Shown here piece by piece: positions 45,445 through 57,701 of a DNA stretch of 64,000 nt. The position numbers and the translations under genes are program-made. How positions within the stretch are numbered: position 1 is the first letter of the stretch; every line of letters begins with the position of its first letter. The notes beneath the pieces were generated by a model. It was not told where the DNA came from, did not search any database, and was given only the letters and a program-made list of their open reading frames with translations. Origin of the DNA: Mobula hypostoma (taxonomy: Eukaryota); NCBI RefSeq assembly GCF_963921235.1, contig NC_086098.1:8432001-8496000 (forward strand). Direction: 5' to 3'.

Positions 45445-47730
45445 TGGGACAGCACGGTAGTGTAGTGGTTGTGTAACGCTATTACAGTGCCAGTTGAAAG
45501 ATCAAAGTCCAGCTCCTGTCACTGTCTATAAGGAGTTTGTACATTCTCCCCATGAGCTTGTGGGTTTCCTCCGGGTGCTCCAGTTTCCTCCCACAGTTCA
45601 GAAACATACGAGTTTGGGTTAGCAGAGTGCATCACTGATTACATCAACTTCTGTGTGGACTGCACTGTTCCGACAAGAACTGTCCTTTCTTATTCAAATA
45701 ACAAGCCATGGGTGACAAAGGACATTAAGGACATCCTGAACACTAAAAAGAGGGTGTTTAGAGATGGAAATAAGGAGGAGCTGAGGACAATACAGAGGGA
45801 CCTGAAAGCCAGGATCAAGGAGGCTAAAGACAGGTACAGGAGGAAGCTTGAGTGGAAACTACAGCAGGACAACATGAGAGAGGCCTGGAGGGGGATGAGG
45901 ACCATCACTGGGTTCCGGCAAACTAGCAACAGAGGAGCTGAAGGCAGTGTGGACAGGGCCAGCGAAGTTAACCTGTTCTTTAACAGATTTGACATTGTGG
46001 CCCCTGCCCATCCCCCACATGAGTCATCTGTTGTCAGCCCCCAACCAACACATATTCCACTTTCCCCTCCTACCCCTCCTCACAGTCCCCCACCCTGCTC
46101 TCATGACTATACCCCTTCCCTACACGAAACACCACGGTGGGCTTCACAGCTGAACAGGTGAGAAGACAGCTGAAACGTCTCAACCCAAGCAAGGCTGCAG
46201 GCCCAGATGGTGTCAGTACCAGGGTTCTCAAAGCCTGTGCCCCTCAGCTATGTGGAGTACTTCGCCATGTATTCAACCTGAGCCTGAGGCTCCGGAAGGT
46301 TCCTGTGGTCTGGAAGACGTCCTGCCTCGTCCCTGTGCCGAAGATGCCACGCCCCAGCAGCCTCAATGACTACAGACCGGTGGCATTGACCTCCCACATC
46401 ATGAAGACCCTGGAGAGACTTGTTCTGGAGCTGCTCTGGCCTATGGTCAGGCCACACTTAGATCCCCTCCAGTTCGCCTACCAGCCCCGACTAGGAGTTG
46501 AGGAAGCAATCGTCCACCTGCTGAACCGTGTCTACGCCCACCTGGACAAGCCAGCGAGCACTGTGAGGGTCATGTTTTTTGACTTCTCCAGTGCGTTCAA
46601 CACCATCCGCCCTGCTGTGCTGGGGGAGAAGCTGACAGCGATGCAGGTGGATGCTTCCCTGGTATCGTGGATTCTTGATTACCTGACTGGCAGACCACAG
46701 TACATGTGCTTGCAACACTGTGTGTCCGACAGAGTGATCAGCAGCACTGGGGCTCTGCAGAGGACTGTCTTGTCTCCCTTTCTCTTCACCATTTACACCT
46801 CGGACTTCAACTACTGCACAGAGTCTTGTCACCTTCAGTTTTCGGATGACTCTGCCATAGATGGAAGCATCAGCAAGGGAGATGAGGCTGAGTACAGGGC
46901 TATGGTAGGAAACTTTGTCACATGGTGTGAGCAGAATTATCTGCAGCTTAATGTGAAAAAGACTAAGGAGCTGGTGGTAGATCTGAGGAGAGCTAAGGCA
47001 CCAGTGACCCCTGTTTCCATCCAGGGGGTCAGTGTGGACATGGTGGAGGATTGCAAATACCTGGGGATATGAATTGACAATAAACTGGACTGCTCAAAGA
47101 ACACTGAGGCTGTCTACAGGAAAGGTCAGAGCCGTCCTTATTTCCTGAGGAGACTGAGGTCCTTTAACATCTGTCGGACGATGCTGAGGATGTTCTACGA
47201 GTCTGTGGTAGCCAGTGCGATCATGTTTGCTGTTGTGTGCTGGGGCAGCAGGCTGAGGGTAGCAGACACCAACAGAATCAAGAAACTCATTCGTGAGGCC
47301 AGTGATGTTGTGGGGATGGAATTGGACTCTCTGACGGTGGTGTCTGAAAAGAGGATGCTGTCCAAGTTGCATGCCATCTTGGACAATGTCTCCCATCCAC
47401 TACATAATGTACTGGTTGGGCACAGGAGTACATTCAGCCAGAGACTCATTCCACCGAGATGCAACACAGAGCGTCATAGGAAGTCATTCCTTAACTATTT
47501 ATGGTTTTATTACTATTTAATTATTTATGGTGCAACTGTAACGAAAACCAATTTCCCCCGGGATCAATAAAGTATGACTATGACTATGACCGTGTTACGT
47601 TGGCGCTGGGGGCATGGCGACACTTGCGGGCTGCCCCCAGTTCAATCCTTGCTGATCTGATTTGGCGCAAAAGATGCATTTCAATGTCTGTTTCATCATA
47701 CATGACAAATAAAACCAAATCTTTATCTTT
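45445..47730 (+). mobile_element. V-SINE, tail type B (45445-45624 and 47591-47730), split by a Rex1/Babar insertion
   Basis: The two halves join to match the uninterrupted SINE at 54390-54705. Confidence 0.8.
45625..47590 (+). mobile_element. Young Rex1/Babar LINE RT pseudogene
   Basis: ORFs with NNKPWVTK, KAAGPDGV, NDYRPVALTS, DPLQFAY, DFSSAFNTI and FSDD. (TATGAC)n tail. Confidence 0.97.
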
Positions 47731-48659
47731 TTCCTTCAGCATTTTATGGGTGTTGCTCGGGTGTTATTTTTCAGTAATTCTCAATATTATTTATTATTTG
47801 CACTACTTGCCTTCTTTTGCACGTTGGCTGTTTGTCAGTCTGTTCACAGAACATAGAACAGTACAGCACTGTACAGGCACGCTGTTGATCTTTAAATCTA
47901 CTCCAAGATCAATTAATCCTTCCCTCCAATTTTCTATCATCCATGTGCCTATCATAGAAGCTCTTAAGTCTTCCTAATGTATCTGTCTCTACAACTACCC
48001 TTGGCAATGCACCCACCATTCTCTGTATCAAAAAAACTTTCCTCTGACATTCCCCCTATACTTCTCTCCAATCATTTTAAATTTATGGCCTCTTGTACTA
48101 GGTTAAGATGAGGTATAGGAGCAGAATTAAGCTATTTGGCCTATCGAGTCTGCTCCAGCATTTCATCCTGGCTAATCCATTTTCCCTCTCAGCTCCAGTC
48201 TCCTCCCTTCTGCCCTGTATCCCTTCGTGCCCTGACTAAACAAGAACCTGTCAACCTCTGCCTTAAAAATATCCAATGACCTAGCCTCCACAACCGCCTG
48301 CCATATGTATAGTCTTTCATAAGTTCTACTGTATTTCTTTATTCACCTGCAAATGCCTGCAAGAAGAAGAATTTCAAGTAGTATGGGGTAACACAAATGT
48401 ACTTTGATAATAAATTTACTTTGAACTTTGAAGATTTCCAGCATCTGCAGAATCCCCTGTGTCTAGAGCTTTATACAGGTGCCTACCTTTAATGCATTCT
48501 GATTTCATGAACGTTGCATAGTACTTGACCTCCAACAGGAACGGTGATCTTCCTCAATCAATGCTATGGATCAGTTTACATCCACTTGCCTATGTAGCCA
48601 TTTAATATCACATAAAAGATTGCACCAGCTCAGTAGTGGGCTAACTTCAACCTACGTAA

Positions 48660-48725
48660 TTCCTGGAATGGATTTTGAACCCTACAACCTTCAGACTGAG
48701 TGAGGGAAAGTCTACAAACGAGGAC
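48660..48725 (-). mobile_element. Ancient tRNA-derived SINE head (SacSINE1-like)
   Basis: GGATTTTGAACCCTACAACCTTCAGACTGAG resembles the antisense head of shark Deu-SINEs (recall). Confidence 0.5.
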
Positions 48726-49126
48726 AGAATTGCAGTGCTCTGACTTTGCATGCTCTGCAGATGGAGAATTTCAATTTATAATCAGCACTGCTGCAGCAAC
48801 ACACCGTTCTGCTGTAGTAGCAGCTCGTGAGTGAGAAGGAGCTTTAATTGTGTTCCAGGTGTCATTCAAAATGCAAAAGCAGTAAGGGCAGACAATAAGG
48901 TTACGTACCACTGAAAGGTTTAAATGAGTCCTCCATTTGCCACACACACTCTCAGCCAGACAGCCAGAGCAGCTCCTCAGATAACCGAAGCAAAGACAAA
49001 TGTCTACGAGCAAACTGTGCCATCTACTGAACAGCGGGCTGAACTCAGACAGGAAGACAGCCTACCCAGTGGCGATGAGAACTATGGCCCTGAGCTTTAG
49101 GTCCCACACCACCTGGTTCAGGAACA

Positions 49127-49905
49127 TGGTCATAGTCATACTTTATTAATCCCGGGGGAAATTGGTTTTCATTACAGTTGCTCCATAAATAATAATAGTA
49201 ATAGAACCATAAATAGTTAAATAGTAATATGTAAATTATGAAATAAGTCCAAGACCAGCCTATTGGCTCAGGGTGTCTGACCCTCCAAGGGAGGAGTTGT
49301 AAAGTTTGATGGCCACAGGTAGGAATGACTTCCTATGACGCTCTGTGTTGCATCTCGGTGGAATGAGTCTCTGGCTGAATGTACTCCTGTGCCCACCCAG
49401 TACATTATGTAGTGGATGGGAGACATTGTCCAAGATGGCATGCAACTTGGACAGCATCTTCTTTTCGGACACCACCGTGAGAGAGTCCAGTTCCATCCCC
49501 ACAACATCACTGGCCTTACGAATGAGGTTGTTGATTCTGTTGGTGTCTGCCACCCTCAGCCTGCTGCCCCAGAACACAACAGCAAACATGATAGCACTGG
49601 CCACCACAGACTCGTAGAACATCCTCAGCATCGTCCGGCAGATGTTAAAGGACCTCAGTCTCCTCAAGAAATAGAGACGGCTCTGACCCTTCTTGTAGAC
49701 AGCCTCAGTGTTCTTTGACCAGTCCAGAAATTATTGTCAATTTGTATCCCCAGGTATTGGTAATCCTCCACCATGTCCACACTGACCCCCTGGATGGAAA
49801 CAGGGGTCACCGGTACCTTAGCTCTCCTCAGGTCTACCACCAGCTCCTTGGTCTTTTTCACATTAAGCTGCAGATAATTCTGCTCACACCATGTGACAAA
49901 GTTTC
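49127..49905 (-). mobile_element. Young Rex1/Babar LINE 3' fragment
   Basis: Near-identical to 42960-43770. Inserted in an older plus-strand Rex tail (about 49080-49126 and 49906-50190). Confidence 0.95.
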
Positions 49906-50425
49906 TATCCTAACAGTTACTATCCCGCAAGCACCAGGCTGCTGAACCAGCGTGCATAAACTCACACGTCTTAACTCTGAACTGATCACTGAACCTAATC
50001 GATGAACTCACTTTCAGTGACTCTACAACCCAGGTTCTCAATATTATTCATTATTATTTGTTTTTGTATAGTTTGTCTTTTTTGCACATTGGTTGTTTGT
50101 CAGTCGTTGTGTGTAGTTCCTCATCAATTCTATTGTATTTTTTGTTCTACTGTAAATGCCTGCAAGAAAATGAATCACAGGGTTGTATAAGAACATAAAA
50201 CACTGGAGTAAGATTGGGCCATTCAGCCCATTGAATCTGTTCCGCTATTTCATCATAGCTGGTTTATTATCTGTCTGAACCTCATTCTCCAGCTTTTTCC
50301 CTGTAACATTTGACACCCTGATTAATGAACCTATCAACCTCCATTTTAAATATACCCAATGACCTGGCCTCCACAGCCATTTGTGGCAATGGATTCCACA
50401 GATTCAACGTTCTCTAGCTATTATA

Positions 50426-50949
50426 CAGTATGTGCAAAAGTTTTACGCACATATATATAGCGAGAGTACCCAATACCTTTGCACAGTATTACACAGCTGT
50501 TGCAAAAAAACCAACAAACTCCATGACATAGTGAATGATGCTAAACCTGATTCCGATCTGGGTCTCTATGTGGACTGAGAGTGGGAAGGGGCAGGGAGAG
50601 GGAAATCATGGTTGGGAAAAGGGGGAGGGAGTGGGAAGCACCAGAGAGACATTCTGTAATAATCAATAAACCAATTGTTACTAATCAAATGACCTTGCTA
50701 GGTGTCTCAGGGCTAGGTGTAACCGCACCTGCGCTTTCACCATACCCACTCCTGGCGCTCCTTCTCTACTACCTATCTCACACCCCTCCCCTGGCACTCC
50801 ACCTTCACCACTCGCAACATCCTTAGATCCCACCAGATTTACATACTCACTCTCCATTCCACGTTGATAAATACAGTACTGTGCAAAGGTCTTAGACACC
50901 CTTGCTAAAGTTTTAAGTTTTATGTGCCTAAAAGTTTTTCACAGTGCTG
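50426..50949. mobile_element. Composite MITE: two palindromic Tc1-type mini-elements bracketing about 380 bp of cargo
   Basis: CAGTA(C)TGTGCAAA...TTGCACAGTA-type palindromes at 50426-50490 and 50874-50949, each preceded by TA. Confidence 0.8.
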
Positions 50950-51261
50950 TGTACGGTGCCATACAGGTACCTTGATAATAAATTTACTTTGAACTTTGAA
51001 TTTCTGTAACTTAGCATAGTTTCAGAATAGCCAGTAGCAAATAGTGAAGATTGATATGCATAGGATGGTCACCAGTACCTTATTCTGCTAAATTAGCATT
51101 CACCTCGAGCTCCAAGTGAATTGACCAGATCCACATAATTAGGCAGCACTCTGCCTTCTTCCTGCAGATCCCAGTGTGTAGAGTTATTATCACAGATCAA
51201 TGCCAGAACCACAGCACACAGGACTGGCACCTGCATACCTGCCGTGACCCTGATTTATCTG

Positions 51262-52830
51262 CAGGCCACATTGACCTTGTACGTGGTAAAAACAGGAGGG
51301 CCATCGTTGTTGGGACATGAGCAGCTGAGTCAAGCACAGCTTGTTTGGAGATCTAGCCACCATTTGCATGCCACATTCCCTGCAATAGATTCAACCGAAA
51401 GCGAATTACTAAAGTCACTGGACGATGCCACAACAGTGTTCAAGGATGGCATCGGAAAACTCAAAACATATCGAGGGTAAAATAGTGTTAAATGAAAATG
51501 CTACACCCAAAGCCTTTCTGGTTCCTCCTACCATGATGAAGTAGCCAGTGAGCTAGAGCGCATGGAGGCTGAAGGAATTCTTTCCAAGGTTGTGTGGAGC
51601 CCATGGGCAACACCAGAGACCACAGTAGCCAAGAAGAATGCATATATTAGGATCTGTGGCAATTTTAAGGATCCCATCAACCCAGTAATGAAAGCAGATC
51701 AATACAGTCTGTTCAGGATCGAGGGTGGAGGACGTTTCTGGAGGAAACACTTCAGCAAAATGGACTTAGCTGAGGCTTACCTACTGATGGAGATGGAAGA
51801 AGAGTTCAAAGTGTTTCTCACAATAAGCACTCACAAAGGACTTTTTAGCTATAATAAGCTTAATTTTGGAGCTGCACCTGCACCAGCACTTTGGCAGTAA
51901 GCTATGGACCAGGTGCTACAAGGCTGCCCAGGCACTCAGTATTACATGGATGACATCATTGTTACTGGTAAGGATGGCAAGGAACATCTCCAAAATCTCA
52001 GGACAGTGTTAAAAAGATAAGAAGATTAAGTGCTCAGAGCACGGCACAACAAGTGTGAATTCTTTAAACCAAGCATCAATTCCCGCGGTCACACCATTGA
52101 TGCACAAGGATTGCAGAAGACTGATGAGAAAGCTCAAGCAGTGGTTGATATCCCAAGGCCAAAGGACATATCACAGTTGTGGTCCTTTTTAGGATTTGCC
52201 TATTACAATAACAGATTCCTGCTAAACCTGGCTACCATGCTCCACCCCTTGAACTGATTACTACAGATTGGGAAGAAATGGCAATGGACAAAGCAGTGTG
52301 AGGAGACTTTCTAAAATATAAAGAAAATGGTGACATCAGACATTGTACTCACACATTCTGATCCACATCGTCCAGTGAAGGTGGAAGCACTGTTCAGGAT
52401 GCCAATATGTCTGGAAGAAAGGTGCTCAGAGCTGTCAGAAGCACTCCTTCCAGTTCCAGAGTCAACTCTTACAACCACCACGGAGGAAGTCCCGGAACCT
52501 CAGATTGTTTCATAGCCACAAGACTCACCTGCCAAGCAGAGCGATCCCCCCGTCAGGAAAGACTTTATTCCACAGCAGTAAGAAATACTCCATAGCAATT
52601 AAAATGTTTGGGCTTGAATGAAACACTTTAACGTGCACTATGCTGTGGATGTCTATGTAGTAGTTGTATTATATAGTTATACTGCGTATAAAAATTGAAA
52701 TGTATTCCTTATTCATTTGGAGTTTATAGCTAAACAGGGAGGAGCGTTGTGTATTTAATGTTTCAGTAATATTGAAAGTACATTGAGTGAACAATCTTTA
52801 TTTGATTAAATAATTCATTATGGGTTATAT
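51262..52830 (+). mobile_element. Ty3/Gypsy retrotransposon pol pseudogene with internal deletion, PPT and start of the 3' LTR
   Basis: GGPSLLG (protease end), SPWATP...IRICGNFK, FSKMDLAEAYL, YYMDDIIVTG (about 51940), KCEFFK, SFLGFAYY. AGGGAGGAG polypurine tract at about 52736-52744. Confidence 0.92.
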
Positions 52831-53420
52831 AGAACATAGAAGAATACAGCACAGAAACAGGCCATTCAGCCCACAGTGTTGTGCTGAACCAGCTAAAAAT
52901 CAAATCAAAACACCCAAACACTAATCCCTTCTACCTGCACCATGTCCATATCCCTCCATCTTCCTTACATCCATGTGCCTAACCAAACATCAATTAAAAG
53001 CCTCTAACGTATTTGCCTCTCCCACCACACCAGGCAGCACATTCCAGGCATCCACCAGTCAGAGTAAAAACTTACCCCGCAAATCCCGTTTGAAAACTCT
53101 GTCTCTACATGGGGGTCTGTTGTACGCACCTGGGTTCAGTTGTTGCCAGCACTCACTGAGACACGGGTTTATTACTTTTGGATTCACAGTTATTAATCAT
53201 ATGTACATAGAAATATACAGTGAAATGAGTCATTTGCATTAACAACCATCAGACACTTGGGACAGCCCGCAAGTGTGCCAACACACTCTGGCACTGATAT
53301 AGCATGTCCACAATGTTCAGCAGAATACCACAAGCAGCGACAATAACATACCCCAGTCCCACCCTCTCATCCTTCCCATCCACGCACTCAGAAACACACA
53401 GACAGGACCACAGGCCAGGC

Positions 53421-53564
53421 CAGGCCACCTCCGGGCCCCCAGTCCTCTGTCATGTACAGGCCACCTCCGGGCCCCCAGTCCTCGGCCATGTACAGGCCAC
53501 CTCCGGGCCTCCGGTCCTTGGTCCTAAACAGGCTGCCTCCCAGCCTCCAGTTTTTGGTCTTAGA
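53421..53564. repeat. GC-rich 36-bp tandem repeat, about 4 copies
   Basis: Unit CAGGCCACCTCCGGGCCCCCAGTCCTCGGCCATGTA, decaying to the right. Confidence 0.9.
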
Positions 53565-53789
53565 TGCTCAGACTCACAGACATTCGGTCTCCAATCTTCA
53601 GTTTGTGGCCCAGACTCGCAGACTAATACAGACATGTCACCTCTGACCTTCGGACATGGCATCCAAGGTCTTTGACTATTTTTGATATTTTAATATAATT
53701 AATCATGATCAATATTTGAAATGAAAGGAGGATTGAACAAATAACTGTTGGAAGACCTTGGATACTGTTGCATTCATGCCAATGGTTCC

Positions 53790-54365
53790 TTAAGCCAGGG
53801 GGTGGTAGTGGGGATAATTTCCCACTACCTATTAATTGCTCCCAGCGATATGCATCTCAAATAGCCTATGACAACCAACTGCAGCTCCAGGCCTTCTTGT
53901 GTGGTTTAGCTGCTAAGCCTGGCAGAACTGTTTCTACTGACAGCAGAGGGACAAAGGCAGGCTACTGGCACCTTAAAGCAAGTCACTTCGGGCAGATGGG
54001 ACTTGTCAGCCATGGTTGGCAGCTTATCTAGGAGAAGGAAATCGCTGATCCAAAACCTCCACAGGCTTGCAGCTATACCCACTCATGGGAAGACTATTTC
54101 GGGAGTAAACCCTGAGGAAAAGTTCGGAGCTGGAATCCCTAAGGCAATCCTACACTGAGTTCAACACTGACTGGCAATTCCTGCGACGCTGCTGGTACCA
54201 AACTGCATCAATCACTGCCATTCCTTTGGATTCATCAGCTGCGTGGGGAGGGGGAGCTTGCTACATGGGCAACAGCTTGCTCTCCGTATCGTACTGCCCT
54301 GGTTTGATATCATGTAGACAGCTAGGATGCAATATCCATAATCGGGCCCCACCAACGGAGGACTT
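53790..54365 (+). mobile_element. Non-autonomous RTE/RTEX-related retroposon (5' UTR-like part fused to a 3' tail, no tRNA head)
   Basis: Contains CTAGGAGAAGGAAA, which I recall from RTE-type 5' UTRs, and a 5' hairpin at 53804-53829. The 3' part is shared with the SINE at 44259-44571. Confidence 0.65.
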
Positions 54366-54389
54366 CATAGCCAATGGCAGAGTCACAGT

Positions 54390-54705
54390 AACACATGATT
54401 AGTTGGCGAGATGCTTTACAACACCAGCTGTAAGATCAGAGTTCGATTCCCACTGCTGTCTGTAAAGAGTTTGTACATTTGACGATGACTCCAAGGTTTT
54501 CCTCTGGATGCTCCAGTATCCTCCCACAGTCCAAAGACATATAAGCTAGGGTTAGTGAGCTGTGGGTGTGCTCTTTTGGCACTCGATGTGTGGCAACACT
54601 TGAAGGGTCACCCAGCCCAATGCTTGCTGATTTGATGGGACACAAATGATGCAGTTCACTGTATGTTTCAATGCACGTGTGACAAACAAAGCTGATCTTT
54701 CTTCT
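54390..54705 (+). mobile_element. V-SINE, tail type B
   Basis: B box GAGTTCGATTCC and V-domain, then a GGCAACACTTG...TTCACTGTATGTTTCAATG...TGTGACAAACAAAGC tail. Confidence 0.8.
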
Positions 54706-54709
54706 AGTA

Positions 54710-55485
54710 AGATGTTGGCGCACTCAGATGTACCAACTTCTACTGGGTCAACCAAAGGTGTTGTCTTTTTTAAACATTTTTTTTTATGATCACAAGACTC
54801 TGCTGGACATTAAGAACTTAAAGTACCTCAGGTCTACAAATCAGCAAGTTGCTCATTGGTGGAGAAACCGAAGGACCTGGACTTGTTGCAGACCATGATG
54901 CTGCTTGAGACAGGGAGGTGTCAGTGGGTGAAGGAGGTGTTCCCTGTAACAACAAGTGATCACCCTAGTCACATTTCTTCTGATTCAATACTCAGTTGGA
55001 CATTGGTGCTGTGAAATGCTGCAAGACCAATTCATTGGTTTATTGGTGAACGATGGGAGAGCTGCGTGTCCTTGGTCATAGCAAGAACTAGTCCTCAAGC
55101 CACAGACTCAGCTGTCTACGGCCACCCAGGGAGGCATAGGAATCAGGTTCCCAACCGTGGTGCCAGAGCCAATGTGGCACAGTGTCCAGGCTGGAGTTGC
55201 CCCCAAGTGTTCTCTCCGTAAAGACAAGCTTTACTGTGTTTGACTACAGACTGCAACATTCATGGAGTCAGGGACTTGGACTATTTTTTTTTTGTCTGAC
55301 GGTATTTTACTGCTAACTCATATGTGCTTGCTATGTGCTATACATGTCTGGTGCTGTGTGTGACTGTTGGTACTGCGTTTTGTACCTTGGCCCCGGAGTA
55401 AGGCTGTTTCATTTAACCGTATTCATGGGTGTTCATATGTGGTTGGATGACAATTAAACTAGAACTTAAACTTGAATTTGAATGT
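54710..55485 (+). mobile_element. Non-coding retroposon with a LINE-like tail
   Basis: Ends CTTGGCCCCGGAG...GATGACAATTAAACT followed by (GAACTT)n-like repeats. Confidence 0.55.
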
Positions 55486-56112
55486 TGGTGGCCTGAATCA
55501 CAGGAGCAAGGAAACACCTTTTCATAGAGAATTCCATTGTAAATGTAATGGTGGGGAGGGCATTGCCTGTGATGGACAACAGAAATTATTCTCTCAAAGA
55601 CATATTTGAGCATCTTCCCCATTGTACAGGACACATTACACTATACTCTGTCTATGTTGCATTTGCCTTATGGTGGGAATTAAAGATTCAAGATTCAAGA
55701 TCGTTAAGTGTAAACCACCACAACATGATTGTTACTCTGGATTTGATGCAGGATAAAAAAACAATAAACATAAAGAACATGATAAAAACATAATAAAGCT
55801 CAAAGTTTAGAGTTAATTTATGACCAAAGTACATATATGTCACTATATACAACCCTTAGATACATTTTTTTCATGGGAATACTCAATAAATCTGTAGAAT
55901 AATAACCACAACAGAATAAATGGAAGACCACCCAACTAGGGTATTCAACCAGAGCACAGCAGACAACAGACTGTACAAATACACAAAGAAAGAATAATAA
56001 TAAATAAATAGGCAATAAATATCAAGAACATGAGACAAAGAGTCTTTGAAAGTAATGGGAACAGTTCAATGATGGGCAAGTGAAGTTGAGTGAAGTTTCC
56101 CTTTTGTTAAAT

Positions 56113-56648
56113 AAACATAGAAACATAGAAACATAGAAAATAGGTGCAGGAGTAGGCCATTCGGCCCTTCGAGCCTGCACCGCCATTTATTATGATCATG
56201 GCTGATCATCCAACTCAGAACCCAGCCTTCCCTCCATACCCCCTGACCCCTGTAGCCACAAGGGCCATATCTAACTTCCTTTTAAACATAGCTAATGAAC
56301 TGGCCTCAACAGTTTGCTGTGGCAGAGAATTCCACAGATTCACCACTCTCTGTGTGAAGAAGTTTTTCCTAACCTCGGTCCTAAAAGGCTTCCCCTCTAT
56401 CCTCAAACTGTGACCCCTCGTTCTAGACCTCCCCAACATCGGGAACAATCTTCCCGCATCTAGCCTGTCCAATCCCTTTAGGATCTTATACGTTTCAATC
56501 AGATCCCCCCTCAATCTTCTAAATTCCAACGAGTACAAGCCCAGTTCATCCAGTCTTTCTTCATATGAAAGACCTGCTATCCCAGGAATCAATCTGGTGA
56601 ACCTTCTTTGTACTCCCTCTATGGCAAGGATGTCTTTCCTCAGATTAA
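56113..56648 (-). mobile_element. CR1 subfamily B 3' fragment
   Basis: Minus ORF NLRKDILAIEGVQRRFTRLIPG... with an (AGAAACAT)n tail. Confidence 0.95.
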
Positions 56649-56802
56649 ATATAAATACTGAAAAGTGCCTTGACAAACTTTCAACGCTGTAAATCAGCAA
56701 ATTGTTTTGTTATGTCTCCCCTCTTGTGTGAAAGAAGACACCTCTTTTACCTTTTGTATGTTGAATTCTCGGGTGAACGATTCGTTTGTGTTGTACTGCA
56801 GA

Positions 56803-57701
56803 TAGAAACATAGAAAACCTACAAAACAGTACAGCTGTGCTGAACATGTCCTTACGTTAGAAATTACTAGGGTTACCCATAGACCTCTACTTTTCTAAGC
56901 TCCATGGACCTATCCAAAAGTCTCTTAAAAGACCCTATTGTATCCGCCTCCACCACCATCACTGGCAGCCCACTCCACACACTCACCACTCTGCCGAAAA
57001 AACTTACCCCTGACATCTCCTCTGCATCTACTTCTAAGCACCTTAAAACCGTGCCCTCTCGTACTAGCCATTTCCGCCCTGGGAAAAAGCCTCTGACTAT
57101 CCACATGATCAATGCCTCTCATCATCTTATACACCTCTATCAGGTCACCTCTCATCCTCCGTCGCTCAAAGGAGAAAAGGCCGAGTTCACTGAACCTGTT
57201 TTCATAAGGCATGCTCCCCAATCCAGGCAATATCCTTGTAAATCTTCTCTGCACCTTTTCTATGGTTTTCACATCTTCCTGTAGTGAGGTGACCAGAACT
57301 GAGCACAGTACTCCAAGTGGGTTCTGACCAGGTTCCTATATAGCTGCAACATTACCTCTCGGCTCCTAAACTCAATTCCACAATTGATGAAGGCCAATAC
57401 ACCGTATGCCTTCTTAACCACAGAGTCAACCTGCACAGTAGCTTTGAGTGTCCTATGGACTCGGACCCCAAGATCCCCCTGATCCTCCACACTGCCAAGA
57501 GTATTACCACTAATGCTGTCAACATATTTGACCTACCAAAATGAACCACCTCACACTTATCTGGGTTGAACTCCATCTGCCACTTCTCAGATCAGTTTTG
57601 CATCCTATCGATGTCCCGCTGTAACCTCTGACAGCCCTCCACACTATCCACAACACCTCCAAACTTTGTGTCATCAGCAAACTTACCAACCCATCCCTCC
57701 A
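56803..57701 (-). mobile_element. CR1 LINE RT to 3' end
   Basis: Minus ORFs MEFNPDKCEVVHFG, LVRTHLEYCAQFWSPHYRK and RRRMRGDLIEVYK. Confidence 0.93.

Noticed and set aside
51168..51320. Exon after a good acceptor CTGCCTTCTTCCTGCAG
   Set aside because: The peptide is unrecognisable, there is no convincing donor, and it runs into Gypsy pol sequence.
53304..53675. Pro/Ser-rich repeat protein ORF (QATSGPPVLGHV)
   Set aside because: The frame stays open because the tandem unit is 36 nt. It begins in SINE-tail sequence and has no splice or homology support.
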